64,000 nt of DNA from Candidatus Gottesmanbacteria bacterium (GCA_963701185.1 OY969569.1:318268-382267), one strand, 5' to 3'. Positions 49,004 through 58,710 are shown, counted from the stretch's first letter. Notes: generated by a model not told the origin, from the letters alone. Numbers and translations are program-made.

Positions 49004-50038
49004 ATGAAAGTAAAAGGGTTGATCTTGCAAGCGCTTAAGTTTGGTTTATTCCTATTGTTCTCTCCAATCATATTGCCCTTCATGTTACTCGGTAGTATTA
49101 TTCGGGATTTTAGAAAGCGTGGTAAAAAATCCCTCATAGTCAAGCTGACGTTCGTATTCTTTATCATTAGTACCATTTGGTTATTTATTTTTAGCACACC
49201 GCAAACAGATGGATCTTCAATGGAACCTGATCTTCACAATGGGGAGTATGTGATTCTTAACAAAATAGATTATAAATTCAAAACTCCTGCAAGAGGCGAC
49301 ATTATTGTATATAAAAATCCCCAAAAGGATAACTACCCAGACTATATGGGTAAAATTATTGCAATTTCTGGGGAAATACTTCAAATAAAAGAAGGTGATG
49401 TCTATTTGAACGGCGCATTACTTCATGAACCCTATGCCACCGGAGCAACAATGCCTTCTGGTGAAGAAGGGGAAATAAAAGAAGGAGAGGAATTGAAAAT
49501 CCCCACAGATATGGTTTTTGTTTTAATGAACAATCGCCAACACGCTATTGATAGTCGCTCCTTTGGCCCAGTACCAAAAGATCACATAATTGGTAAAGTC
49601 TATAAAATCCCCGGATTCTACTTTCTCTCTGGTGTATCAAAACCACCACGCACGGGGATGAGTGGTGATGATTTATTCAACGTAGGACTATACTTCCTAA
49701 ATTTGAAGAATACAACAAAAGCAGAGGAGTATTTTATCAAATCTGGAACTGAATTTAAGTATGTTCCTGCTTTCAATGAGCTTGGGTGGATATATTTTCA
49801 AAAGAAGGACTACGAAAAAGCGCGAATTTATTATAAAAACGCTTTGGATATTGAGCCGGAAAACCCGTATGCCCTACAGAGCATGGGTTACGCCTATTGG
49901 AATACTGGAGATACAAAGAAGGCAGAAGAATATCTTAAAAAAGCCTTGATTGCTTACGAAAAAGCAAATAACCCCGATTTAAAAACGAACTTTGAAGAAC
50001 TCAAGGCAATGATAAAGGAAAATGGTATAGTTCCATAA
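49004..50038 (+). CDS. lepB: Signal peptidase I fused to a C-terminal TPR repeat domain.
   Basis: The N-terminal TM is followed by the catalytic Ser box GSSMEPDL, GDIIVYKNP and the Lys box (KIIAISGE). Tandem TPRs follow, YFIKSGTEF...ALDIEPENPYALQSMGYAYWNTGDTKKAEEYLKKAL. Confidence 0.75.
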   Translation: MKVKGLILQALKFGLFLLFSPIILPFMLLGSIIRDFRKRGKKSLIVKLTFVFFIISTIWLFIFSTPQTDGSSMEPDLHNGEYVILNKIDYKFKTPARGDIIVYKNPQKDNYPDYMGKIIAISGEILQIKEGDVYLNGALLHEPYATGATMPSGEEGEIKEGEELKIPTDMVFVLMNNRQHAIDSRSFGPVPKDHIIGKVYKIPGFYFLSGVSKPPRTGMSGDDLFNVGLYFLNLKNTTKAEEYFIKSGTEFKYVPAFNELGWIYFQKKDYEKARIYYKNALDIEPENPYALQSMGYAYWNTGDTKKAEEYLKKALIAYEKANNPDLKTNFEELKAMIKENGIVP

Positions 50039-50176
50039 ACAATATAACATTGCTTTTGATAAAGAACAGTCACTTCAAAAACATATATAGCATGGATAAT
50101 TGACCGAGTAGATGTAGCTAGAATTGGAAGAAAATGGAAGTAGTTGAAGACAATCGGATGATATCATCAACCTTGC

Positions 50177-50434
50177 ATGAAAAATATCTTAAACCGGGAA
50201 ATTACACCCAAATTTATACGTTTGTTTTCGTATAGATTCTTTAAAGAAACGGCTTTAGTTGTTATTGTATTGCTTCTTTGTGTTTTGATATGGCAAAACC
50301 AAAACTCCTATGTTGATAATGGCTACTTTGTCTTGAGGATAAACAATATAACTGGTAGTGCTTGTATAATTGACACGGGTGAGTATGCTTTTCCTTACGA
50401 TGCAAATCTCATTTTTTCAAAATGCAAGAAGTAA
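50177..50434 (+). CDS. Small membrane protein.
   Basis: It is 85 aa with one TM helix, in an AT-rich setting. Confidence 0.25.
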   Translation: MKNILNREITPKFIRLFSYRFFKETALVVIVLLLCVLIWQNQNSYVDNGYFVLRINNITGSACIIDTGEYAFPYDANLIFSKCKK

Positions 50435-50670
50435 AAATACCTATGAAAAATAGTAAAAATAATTTCGCAACTATTGGCATAGTATTGGGTGTACTATCAA
50501 TATTTTTTGCATGGATTGGGATAATACCCCTTTCTGGATTGGTGGTGAATACGATAGGAATTGTTAAATCAAGGAAATTAGAAGGAAAAGGTAAGTGGAT
50601 GGCGATAATTGGATTAGTGCTATCAGCGTTGTACACACTCGTGTATCTTAATAGATATGGTTATATCTAA
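50422..50670 (+). CDS. Small 2-TM membrane protein (DUF4190-like).
   Basis: Its two TM helices are GIVLGVLSIFFAWIGIIP and MAIIGLVLSALYTLVYL. Confidence 0.3.
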   Translation: MQEVKIPMKNSKNNFATIGIVLGVLSIFFAWIGIIPLSGLVVNTIGIVKSRKLEGKGKWMAIIGLVLSALYTLVYLNRYGYI

Positions 50671-51235
50671 AAAAACTTCCAGAGTAATCATCGTTTTTCA
50701 GCTTGTCGTTATTCTATTTTTATCAGGTGTATGCTTTTTCCAGTGGAAAGCAACAAAAATACTCACTGAAAAGTGTCAGTCTCCAAATAGATACGGTGTA
50801 AGTCCAATGCAGAAACAGTCTACTGAAAGTGGTGATTTGACAGAAATAAATCCCCCTACTGCCATAGACCTTGATCCAAAACAACTTGAACAATACTACC
50901 AAGTTTATAAAAATAATTTCGTTTTGTATCTGCGCAAGGCGCTTGATGCATACCTTGCAAACGATAGCTCTGGAGTGAATATCTCCATGGCAGCAGTTCA
51001 GGAAGATCGTAGAGACGGTATCATTACAGGTTTAGATGCGTTTGACAAGAACTACTACAAAAGTAAATTCATCGTTTTAACGATTAATGACAGTATAGCC
51101 GGTGGCAAAGATATTCAGATAATCTTTCAGGATAAACCAGACAGAATTTTTTACGTTTGGGTATATCAGCTCGCTGATGAAAGTTATGAATTACGAGCAT
51201 TTAATTCAAAAGAGTACTTTGAAGAGAGAAGATGA
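50657..51235 (+). CDS. Hypothetical protein with an N-terminal TM anchor.
   Basis: It is 192 aa with no motif. Confidence 0.3.
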   Translation: MVISKKTSRVIIVFQLVVILFLSGVCFFQWKATKILTEKCQSPNRYGVSPMQKQSTESGDLTEINPPTAIDLDPKQLEQYYQVYKNNFVLYLRKALDAYLANDSSGVNISMAAVQEDRRDGIITGLDAFDKNYYKSKFIVLTINDSIAGGKDIQIIFQDKPDRIFYVWVYQLADESYELRAFNSKEYFEERR

Positions 51236-51520
51236 AGATGATATTTGAGGCGTATAAAAACTTTATCAATGATAAGGAACACGCACTCTAAACATCATTC
51301 AAATTTTAAGATATAGGCTACGGGCACTTCAACGTTGATAAACGTGATTGTGCGATTATATTATTACTTACATACTCATGATCGTATCTTCTATATGTCA
51401 CATAGATATATAGGACAACATACATACGTCTGATTGATTTGGTGTGTATAATCAAGTATTAGATAAAGAAACAGTATGTTTTTCTTAATCATGAAATAGG
51501 ATAAACGAAGGAGAAGAAGT

Positions 51521-51916
51521 ATGAATATACCAGTTCGTGTTATTGCTCAAGGACGTGAACCAGTCAGGGATAAGTACATTGGACTTCTTTTTGAGAATTT
51601 AAAAAAAGATGTTAAATTTGAGGCACTTATACGATCTGCACAGAAAACACTCGGGCTTGATGTATTACCCCATACCTCAAATGGTACTGAATATAAGAAA
51701 CACACAGCATTACTACGATCAAATGGTTTGCAGAGAAACACAAAGGGCAAACTTGGTTTTACGGGTTTTATTAAAATTCCCTTACTGGATGATGAAGTAG
51801 ACAAGATTCTACAAAAGTATCCGTTTATGAACGATTGGAGAGAGGGGTTAAAAGAGTTTGTGCTTGGCGGAAACTTATTATTCACGATGATAGTTCAAAC
51901 ATCAGGCTTCGCGTGA
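51521..51916 (+). CDS. Hypothetical protein (island cargo).
   Basis: It has a good RBS (aaggagaag) and an upstream TATAAT. It overlaps the next ORF in another frame. Confidence 0.3.
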   Translation: MNIPVRVIAQGREPVRDKYIGLLFENLKKDVKFEALIRSAQKTLGLDVLPHTSNGTEYKKHTALLRSNGLQRNTKGKLGFTGFIKIPLLDDEVDKILQKYPFMNDWREGLKEFVLGGNLLFTMIVQTSGFA

Positions 51917-52326
51917 GAAATAGCAAATATAATACGGGGTACGACACAGACAAGATTAGTCAAAATTGCGTTATGATTCAGATTTCCGGCAAGATCTCAT
52001 GGAACGAACTTGAAGCGTGGATAACCCAACATAAAAATCAGATAGCGTGGCATACCCAAAGATTGCCGAATTATTCACTACGAAGTTCAAGGAGAGCGAA
52101 CTACGAGCGGGACAGATTGGTTGTATATCTTTACTCTGATAAGTGGCAGTGGAAAAAGAGCTTTCCAAACATAGCTGATGAACTCAAGGATGGTTCGGAC
52201 AAAAACTCTTGAACAAGCATATAGAGACTTACACTGAAAATAGCCTACTAAAATTCCACAATTAAGGTAGTGGAGTACCGCTAATTACTGATACAGAATA
52301 GGGTCATATGCAGAAGGAGAAGCGTT

Positions 52327-52527
52327 ATGACCACTGAAACAACCTCACGATTCAAACCTCAATTTATCCCCTATAGGTGTACAAAGTGCAATGGCCACGG
52401 TTAAGTCAATTATGGCAGTCTTATATGCGAAGCCTGTGAAGGGACAGGAGTTTATAAAGTTCAGATTGCAGAAGCGGATGAAAAAGAAGAAGTAAAGGAG
52501 GATCATGGAATCACTTCGTAAAATCAA
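52327..52527 (+). pseudogene. DnaJ-type double CxxCxGxG zinc-finger mini-ORF interrupted by an in-frame TAA.
   Basis: The reading is MTTETTSRFKPQFIPYRCTKCNGHG-TAA-VNYGSLICEACEGTGVYKV..., with two CxxCxGxG repeats separated by a stop at 52402-52404. Confidence 0.3.
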
Positions 52528-52867
52528 TAAGCCTCTTACCTCGTTTGAGCTTATCACGATCCGCGGTGATCTTATCAAGGCAATAGATGAGTGTACTTAC
52601 TGGTTTGTGGAGTAACGGTGGGAGCGAGATAGAGATAAACGCCATATTTACAACGCAATTTGGGAAACGAAGAATAGGAAATATAAACAAGTCTTAGAGG
52701 AAGCCTATGCAAAACTTCATTGAACAGACACCAGAAGAAAAACTTATAGCGGAAGGACTAAGGGAAGTAGCAGAAACACTAAACAAGAATAATAGTGGGA
52801 CAGAAACTAAAGCGGGTGTATACACTTCGTTGAGATAGCAGAATAGGTAGAAAAATACCTACCAAAT

Positions 52868-53575
52868 ATGACAACAGCGCTTAAACTCGTTCTTGCAGTG
52901 GCTAAGTCAGGCAAACGAAAAAATAGGGTCATGTTATGGCTTTTGTTGGTAGGCGCTCACTCAAGCGGAAAAACAGATCTCGTACGGTTAATGAAGGACA
53001 ATTAGTCAGTATTAAGCTTTGATAATCTTACACTCAATTCTTTCATATCCGGTGAACGCACAACGGAAAAAGAAAAAGTACATGATTTGCTTCAGTTACT
53101 CAATAACAAGTGTCTGATAGTGAAGGATTGGACGGTTATATTTTCTCTTGATGAACGGATGACGAAAAAAATAATAGGCGATATGGTGGGGGCGTATGAC
53201 AAGTAGTTATCAAAGTTTTCCTCTCGCCGGGGCAATATCACCTATGATGCAGAGTTCTCTCACCTGGGGTGTATTACTCAGGCAACACTCAATAGACATC
53301 AAAATTATTTAAATATGATTGGGCCGCGTTTCTTATCTTATAGCATAGGAGAAATAACGTTAGATCAGGAAGAAAAGAGCTTCAAAGCAATATTTTCTAA
53401 TGAAGACAGAAGTGAAATAGAAAAATCAGTTGCCAAAAAAGTGAACGCCTATCTATCACAACTCAACAATGAGGATATATCGGCTGTAGGTGAATTATCA
53501 GAAGATGCGAAAAAATACCTACAGGTAGCTTCACGGATTATGGCTCGGGCAAGGGGAATTGTTATCATAAAATAG
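52868..53575 (+). pseudogene. Fragmented phage/plasmid primase-like (P4/D5/VirE-type) P-loop gene.
   Basis: Three consecutive frames give LWLLLVGAHSSGKTDLVRL, then ...LLNNKCLIVKDWTVIFSLDE..., then ...ITYDAEFSHLGCITQATLN... Stops and frameshifts separate them. Confidence 0.35.
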
Positions 53576-54072
53576 TACAAGTTTATCAACGATCTGAAAG
53601 AAGAAATATCCTACTACGAGCCACTTGATATACAGATAGAACAAACATGGCGAAGCGTACAACAGTTAATACTTCTGTCAAAATACCTTGCTTTTGTAAC
53701 AGGAAAATTACAAGTAGATCACGAAGAGCTATCAATTATCAGAGAAGTAGTTTTATCCTCTATGCGCGCAGACAGAGCGCAGGCGATCAAGGCTCTCGCC
53801 AGTCGGTCAGATGGAAGTATTACGGCAAAAGAATTATCGGATCAGATGGACAAATAGTCAAAAACTTACAGGCGGCTACTTGAAGAGCTTGTTTTTCTCA
53901 AATTGATAAAAAAGATTACCGGATCAGGTCAAATGGCAGCAACTTATACAGTTATTGATGAGTTTAGAAGTTTAGTTACAGTCAGCAAGCGGGAGTTTTT
54001 GTACTCCTATAGTCAACAGGGTAACGACGATAAAACAAGTGTATCTGGTATTGGATCAGAATAGGAGGCCGT

Positions 54073-54423
54073 ATGACACAATACCAGGATCTTGAATGGG
54101 TAGTAACTCGGTGTGAACACGAGTTTGCTAACAACAAAAACAGAAGGATCTCGGCACTGTTTAGAGATATACGAAGAAACAAAAACTATTCGCTCCTCGG
54201 AGATTATTTTCTTTTTTGGGCAATCGCACAAGCATTGAAAAACAAGAACATAAAACGTTCACGAGCAAATTTTTCATATGCACTCATGCAATCTGATGAA
54301 TACAAGGCCTTACAAAAGCGGGACAAGGTGGCATGGATAAGCACCTTTATGGAGATGGCTTCTGGCGAGATGAAAAATATATACCATGCCTCTAAAAGGG
54401 GCGAAAGGCCTGAAAAGGTATGA
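54073..54423 (+). CDS. Hypothetical protein (island cargo).
   Basis: It is 116 aa with no motif. Confidence 0.25.
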   Translation: MTQYQDLEWVVTRCEHEFANNKNRRISALFRDIRRNKNYSLLGDYFLFWAIAQALKNKNIKRSRANFSYALMQSDEYKALQKRDKVAWISTFMEMASGEMKNIYHASKRGERPEKV

Positions 54424-54578
54424 AGGGCTACCTATGACAGTTACTGAACTACGGAAAAAACATCCACAGGAAACGGAACACTGGCAAGATGAACAGTGCC
54501 AGCAGTATTGTCGGTCTTTAGAGGTGCTATCCAACGTGTTTATTGATTATGTAGAGAAGCAATTACAAAAGAAGACAG

Positions 54579-55880
54579 TTGACACGTATGCAAACTAATG
54601 CCAATAATGAAGTCATGGAGAAGAAAGCAGTTGCATATGTCCGTATAAGCACGGAAGAACAATCTACGTTTTCTATTGCTCAACAGACAGAAGCGGTGAA
54701 ACGCATGGCAAAGATGCAGGGATATACGCTTCCTGATTCAGCTATCTTCATTGATGAGGGGTTTTCCGCAAAAACGACAAACAGGCCAGCTCTCATCAAG
54801 ATGCTTTCATTCTGTTCCCAAAAGAAAAATGGCATTACCGCTCTTATAGCGTACAAAATTGACCGGATGAGCAGGGATACGGCTGATTACCTCGGTATCA
54901 TGAAGGCGCTTGCTTCGCACGGAGTGAGGTTTATTTCCTGTACCGAATCAATTGAAGATTCTCCTTCCGGTGAATTCCTTTCAACAATTCTTGCAGCCGC
55001 CGCCAGATATGACAATGCAGCGAAGGCTGAAAGGGTATCGGCAAGCATAATCCAAAGGATCAAATCCGGACTGCCTCATGGAAAGGCAAAAATCGGATAT
55101 CTAAACCAAACACTGTCAGACAGAAGACGAATCATTGTCAAAGACCTGAACGCTTTGAACGCATACAGGAAGCCTGGAAGCTCATGGAAACAGGGGCATA
55201 TACACTTGAGAGCATCGCGAAATTTTTGAATAGCTGGAAAATCACAACAAAAAAAGGAACGCATTTATTCAAACTCACTGAACAACAGGTGCAGCGTATC
55301 TTTGCCGAATAAGACATATTGCGGGTATGCGATAAGCAAAAAACATGGACTTGAAATAAAAAGCGACCAAGTGCCACAGATGATAAGTGAAGATACTTTT
55401 TTTAAAGTCAAATTGATTCTTGCCGGAAGAAGAACAACAACAGGACTGTATCAACGCTTACGGCCGGAGTTTCCTTTGCGTGGCTTTGTACGGTGTCCAA
55501 AATGCAACAGCCCTCTCCATGCTGGATTCAGCAAAGGTAAAGCCAAATATTATGGATACTATTTCTGTAAAACACCTGGTCACGTCACAATACCAGACGA
55601 GACTATTGATGAAACGTTTGTGGATTTGCTCAAAGTTCTTACCCCCTCGCCCATGTTCCGGCGGGATTTCCTGGATGAAGTAAAACGAAAATGGAACGAC
55701 AAGTACATGATGTTTGTGAAACAGCACGAGAATGTACAGGAGAAAATTGACATACTGAAAGCGTTCAAACATAAGATAGCAGAAAAGAATTTGTCCGGTA
55801 CCTATACCGACGAATTTACCAAAGAACAACTGGAGAAGGTAGATATGGAGATACTGGCTATAAAGACCAGTACAGAGTGA
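54579..55880 (+). pseudogene. Large serine recombinase (integrase) disrupted by two 1-nt frameshifts.
   Basis: Frame 1 holds the resolvase catalytic domain (VAYVRISTEEQ...IDEGFSAKTTNRPAL). Frame 2 continues the recombinase domain (ERFERIQEAWKLMETGAYTLESIAKFLNSW...QRIFAE). Frame 3 holds PNKTYCGYAI plus the zinc-ribbon CPKCNSPLH...YYFC. The shifts lie near 55145 and 55305; an A7 run occurs within frame 2 at about 55245-55251. Confidence 0.8.
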
Positions 55881-56108
55881 ATCCAAGCTCGCCCGCCTTG
55901 ATATAGAGGTCGTGGTGGCATTCATGAATAGCTTCCTAGAGGACATATCAAAAGCCTTTATTGAAGCAAAATCGTTGGAACAAAAGAGGGAGTTGGTGTG
56001 TTCAATTTTCCCTAACGGGCTTGTTTTTCAACAATCAAAACTTGAACACCTTGGATTGGTTGACTGGATGCTCTATACCCAAAAAGTACAGCCTCAAATT
56101 TCAATGAG

Positions 56109-56190
56109 TGCAGACGACAGGAGTTGAACCTGCACCCCTCACGGGATACGCACCTCAAGCGTACGCGTATGCCAATTCCGCCACGTCTGC
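56109..56190 (-). tRNA. tRNA-Leu (anticodon GAG).
   Basis: It is type II. The acceptor is GCAGACG/CGTCTGC, the anticodon loop is TTGAGGT, it has a long variable arm, and the T-arm is GGTTCAACTCC. Confidence 0.85.
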
Positions 56191-56256
56191 GTAAGAATGT
56201 ATTGTAGCATATTTGCACCTTACCCCTGATTCCTCTATAATCTATAGCCTATAGCT

Positions 56257-56622
56257 ATGAGTAGGGAGCATCCTGTCGCGCTAAATCCGATTACTATTGA
56301 TACTGACTCACACCGGTCAACGAAGGCGGGGTTTTGCACGGAAAGCGGATTGATGTCCAATCTGATTCTTGAAGAAGGCATTGATACAGACGATACATAT
56401 ACGTTCATATATCCCATGAAGCTCAACTATCCTGCCAGCATAATCGTAAAAGCTCAGGGAGTGTTTGAATTACGAAACGCGCAACCATGGCTCGAAAATG
56501 CAACTGTCTGGTACCAAGACAAGCCGCCACGATCAGGAGGTTCATTTTTTGTAACAATTATGGAGGGAGTCAAAGTGACAGCGCCGGACGGAACGGTAAC
56601 AATTGTTCAAATTCTGGACTGA
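56257..56622 (+). CDS. Hypothetical protein.
   Basis: It is 121 aa with no motif. Confidence 0.3.
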   Translation: MSREHPVALNPITIDTDSHRSTKAGFCTESGLMSNLILEEGIDTDDTYTFIYPMKLNYPASIIVKAQGVFELRNAQPWLENATVWYQDKPPRSGGSFFVTIMEGVKVTAPDGTVTIVQILD

Positions 56623-56632
56623 TCATCGGATA

Positions 56633-57607
56633 TCACCGGTACGCCGATCCCACAAATGTTATCTGTTCGTCCTTCACGGTTTCCAACCAGGAAAGCAAGC
56701 TGGCACCCGTTCTGCCTCCCGGCCGGAGACGGTAGAGGAAATATCTGTGTGTCTGGTACTGATCCGCGCCGGGAATGGTGGAAACCGCGCTGGTAAATCC
56801 TGCGGCCGCAATTGCCTGAATTGCCGGCACATCAAACGCACCATACGGATACGCAAACGACACAACCGGTTTGCCGATCAGGGCTTCTAGTGTTTTTTTA
56901 CTTTGATCAACCTGATACACAAGCTCCTTTTGCGATCTTCCTTTGAGCCATGCATGATTGACCGTATGCGCCCCGATTTCCACCAAACCTTCATCAGCAA
57001 TTTGACTCACTTGCCAGGCAAACATATTGTTGGGATAATCCAAAAACCCGGAAATAATATATGCTGTCGCTTTGGCATGATACTTTTTAAGAATCGGGTA
57101 CACGTCCGTGTAGAAATCCCGGTAGCCGTCATCAAACGTCAGGACAATCGGTTTGGCAGGCAACGGGATTTTCCCGTTTAATGCCTCGGCAAGCTCTGCA
57201 TTCGTCATAAACGTGTACCCGGCATCCGCAAGCGTTTTTACTTCCTCCTCAAACGTATACGGGGAGAGACTCAGCGACTGCCGGATCGTATCCCCTTTGT
57301 CCTTGACGTATTCTACATAGTGATACATAAGAATCGGCACGCGGATCATTTTCGGGAGAGTCTTAATCACAAAGGTATCTTTTGAATTTGCGCCCAAAAC
57401 GCCGCCTTCACTCATCCATTGGCGGACATCAGCAGGCACAGTATTTTGCTGTACTTCAATGCGCTCATCACCCAATAATTTCCGATACGCTATGTTCTGT
57501 TTATGGCCGGCGCCTATAGAGACAAATCCCAAAAATACCATGACAACGCCGGCTACTAGTGCCGTTTGCCAAGAAGTACTAAAAGAAATCCATTTTCGTC
57601 TCGCCAT
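56633..57607 (-). CDS. Polysaccharide deacetylase (NodB homology domain).
   Basis: The motifs are TFDDGY and HTVNH, with an N-terminal TM helix. The start is taken at the internal Met because the track start lies inside tRNA-Leu. Confidence 0.8.
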   Translation of the reverse strand: MARRKWISFSTSWQTALVAGVVMVFLGFVSIGAGHKQNIAYRKLLGDERIEVQQNTVPADVRQWMSEGGVLGANSKDTFVIKTLPKMIRVPILMYHYVEYVKDKGDTIRQSLSLSPYTFEEEVKTLADAGYTFMTNAELAEALNGKIPLPAKPIVLTFDDGYRDFYTDVYPILKKYHAKATAYIISGFLDYPNNMFAWQVSQIADEGLVEIGAHTVNHAWLKGRSQKELVYQVDQSKKTLEALIGKPVVSFAYPYGAFDVPAIQAIAAAGFTSAVSTIPGADQYQTHRYFLYRLRPGGRTGASLLSWLETVKDEQITFVGSAYR

Positions 57608-57610
57608 GTG

Positions 57611-57692
57611 TGCCCAGAGGGAGACTCGAACTCCCAAGGGTTTCCCCATACGCTCCTGAAGCGTACGCGTCTACCAATTTCGCCATCCGGGC
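57611..57692 (-). tRNA. tRNA-Leu (anticodon CAG).
   Basis: It is type II. The acceptor is GCCCGGA/TCTGGGC, the anticodon loop is TTCAGGA and the T-arm is GAGTTCGAGTCTC. Confidence 0.85.
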
Positions 57693-57734
57693 ATAAGGAA
57701 ATTATACCAGATATGCTGTACAATAGGGACAAAT

Positions 57735-57820
57735 GCCGAGGTGGTGGAATGGTAGACACTCGGGCCTTAAGAGCCCGTGAAGCTAATTACTTCGTGCGAG
57801 TCCGAGTCTCGCCCTCGGCA
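57735..57820 (+). tRNA. tRNA-Leu (anticodon TAA).
   Basis: It is type II. The acceptor is GCCGAGG/CCTCGGC, the anticodon loop is CTTAAGA, and it has a long variable arm. Confidence 0.85.
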
Positions 57821-57821
57821 C

Positions 57822-57895
57822 CGGGGTGTGGCGCAATTGGCTAGCGCGCATCGTTTGGGACGATGAGGTTGTGAGTTCAAGTCTCACCACCCCGA
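57822..57895 (+). tRNA. tRNA-Pro (anticodon TGG).
   Basis: The acceptor is CGGGGTG/CACCCCG, the anticodon loop is TTTGGGA and the T-arm is GAGTTCAAGTCTC. It starts 1 nt after tRNA-Leu(TAA). Confidence 0.85.
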
Positions 57896-57903
57896 CAAAA
57901 AGT

Positions 57904-58710
57904 ATGTTTCAGGACTACAAAAAACTCATTGATGCGTACCTGCTGAAATTTCTGTCGGAAAAAACGCCGGCGCTTGCGGACGTTAATTCGCTGGGAAGCG
58001 ATCTTATCGACCGGATAAAACCAATCGTCACGGCCGGAAAAACCATCCGCGGATCACTGGCCCTCCTCTCCTACTGTTTTACCAATGAAAAACCATCGGA
58101 AGATGCGGTAAAGCTCGCCGCCGCCATGGAACTTATGCAAACCGCCCTCGTCATCCATGATGACATCATGGATAAAGATAACGAGCGCCGCGGGATTGCG
58201 TCACTGCATATGCAATACCATAGTGAGGCGCTTGCAATGTGCGCGGGCGATATTCTCTTTTTCATGGCATTTGAACTGATCGGATCGATCAAAACCGATG
58301 CAACAACCCTGGGCAGGATCGTCCGTCTCATCGGGCGCGAATATCAATCCGCCGGCGTGGCTCAAATGGCGGATGTAGCAAAAACTGCAAAAACAAAATG
58401 GGAAATATTCAATCTTTACACATATAAAACCGCCCGATACACATTCGCGGTTCCGCTCATGCTAGGCGCAACACTGGCAGGAACAACAAAAGACATGCTG
58501 AAATATTTGGAATCATACGGTGTTGCAACCGGAATACTGTTCCAAATTCAGGACGACAAACTTGATCATGAACTGAATCCATTTACCGATCACGACATCG
58601 CGGGATATGCAAAAGCGGCGGAGGAATCGCTTAAGCGGTTACCCATCCAAAACAACCAGAAACCAATTCTTCTGGATCTGCTAGAATTCGTTCAGCATCG
58701 GAAAAAATGA
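57904..58710 (+). CDS. Polyprenyl (geranylgeranyl/farnesyl) diphosphate synthase.
   Basis: The first DDxxD is LVIHDDIMDKD and the second is FQIQDDKLD. The start is taken at MFQDYKK because the track start lies inside tRNA-Pro. Confidence 0.85.
   Translation: MFQDYKKLIDAYLLKFLSEKTPALADVNSLGSDLIDRIKPIVTAGKTIRGSLALLSYCFTNEKPSEDAVKLAAAMELMQTALVIHDDIMDKDNERRGIASLHMQYHSEALAMCAGDILFFMAFELIGSIKTDATTLGRIVRLIGREYQSAGVAQMADVAKTAKTKWEIFNLYTYKTARYTFAVPLMLGATLAGTTKDMLKYLESYGVATGILFQIQDDKLDHELNPFTDHDIAGYAKAAEESLKRLPIQNNQKPILLDLLEFVQHRKK

Larger units (their letters stand above)
47545..56108. mobile_element. Low-GC decayed integrative island bounded by tRNA-Val and tRNA-Leu(GAG).
   Basis: There is a GC drop relative to the flanks. 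It holds an XRE regulator, small membrane ORFs, a fragmented primase-like gene and a frameshifted large serine recombinase abutting the 3' end of tRNA-Leu. Confidence 0.5.

Noticed and set aside
52402-52404. An in-frame TAA as evidence of stop-codon reassignment.
   Set aside because: TAA, TAG and TGA all terminate well-supported housekeeping genes in the window (eno, uvrA, metK, ppsA and the CofE-like gene). The event lies in a decaying island full of other lesions, so a nonsense mutation is the parsimonious explanation.
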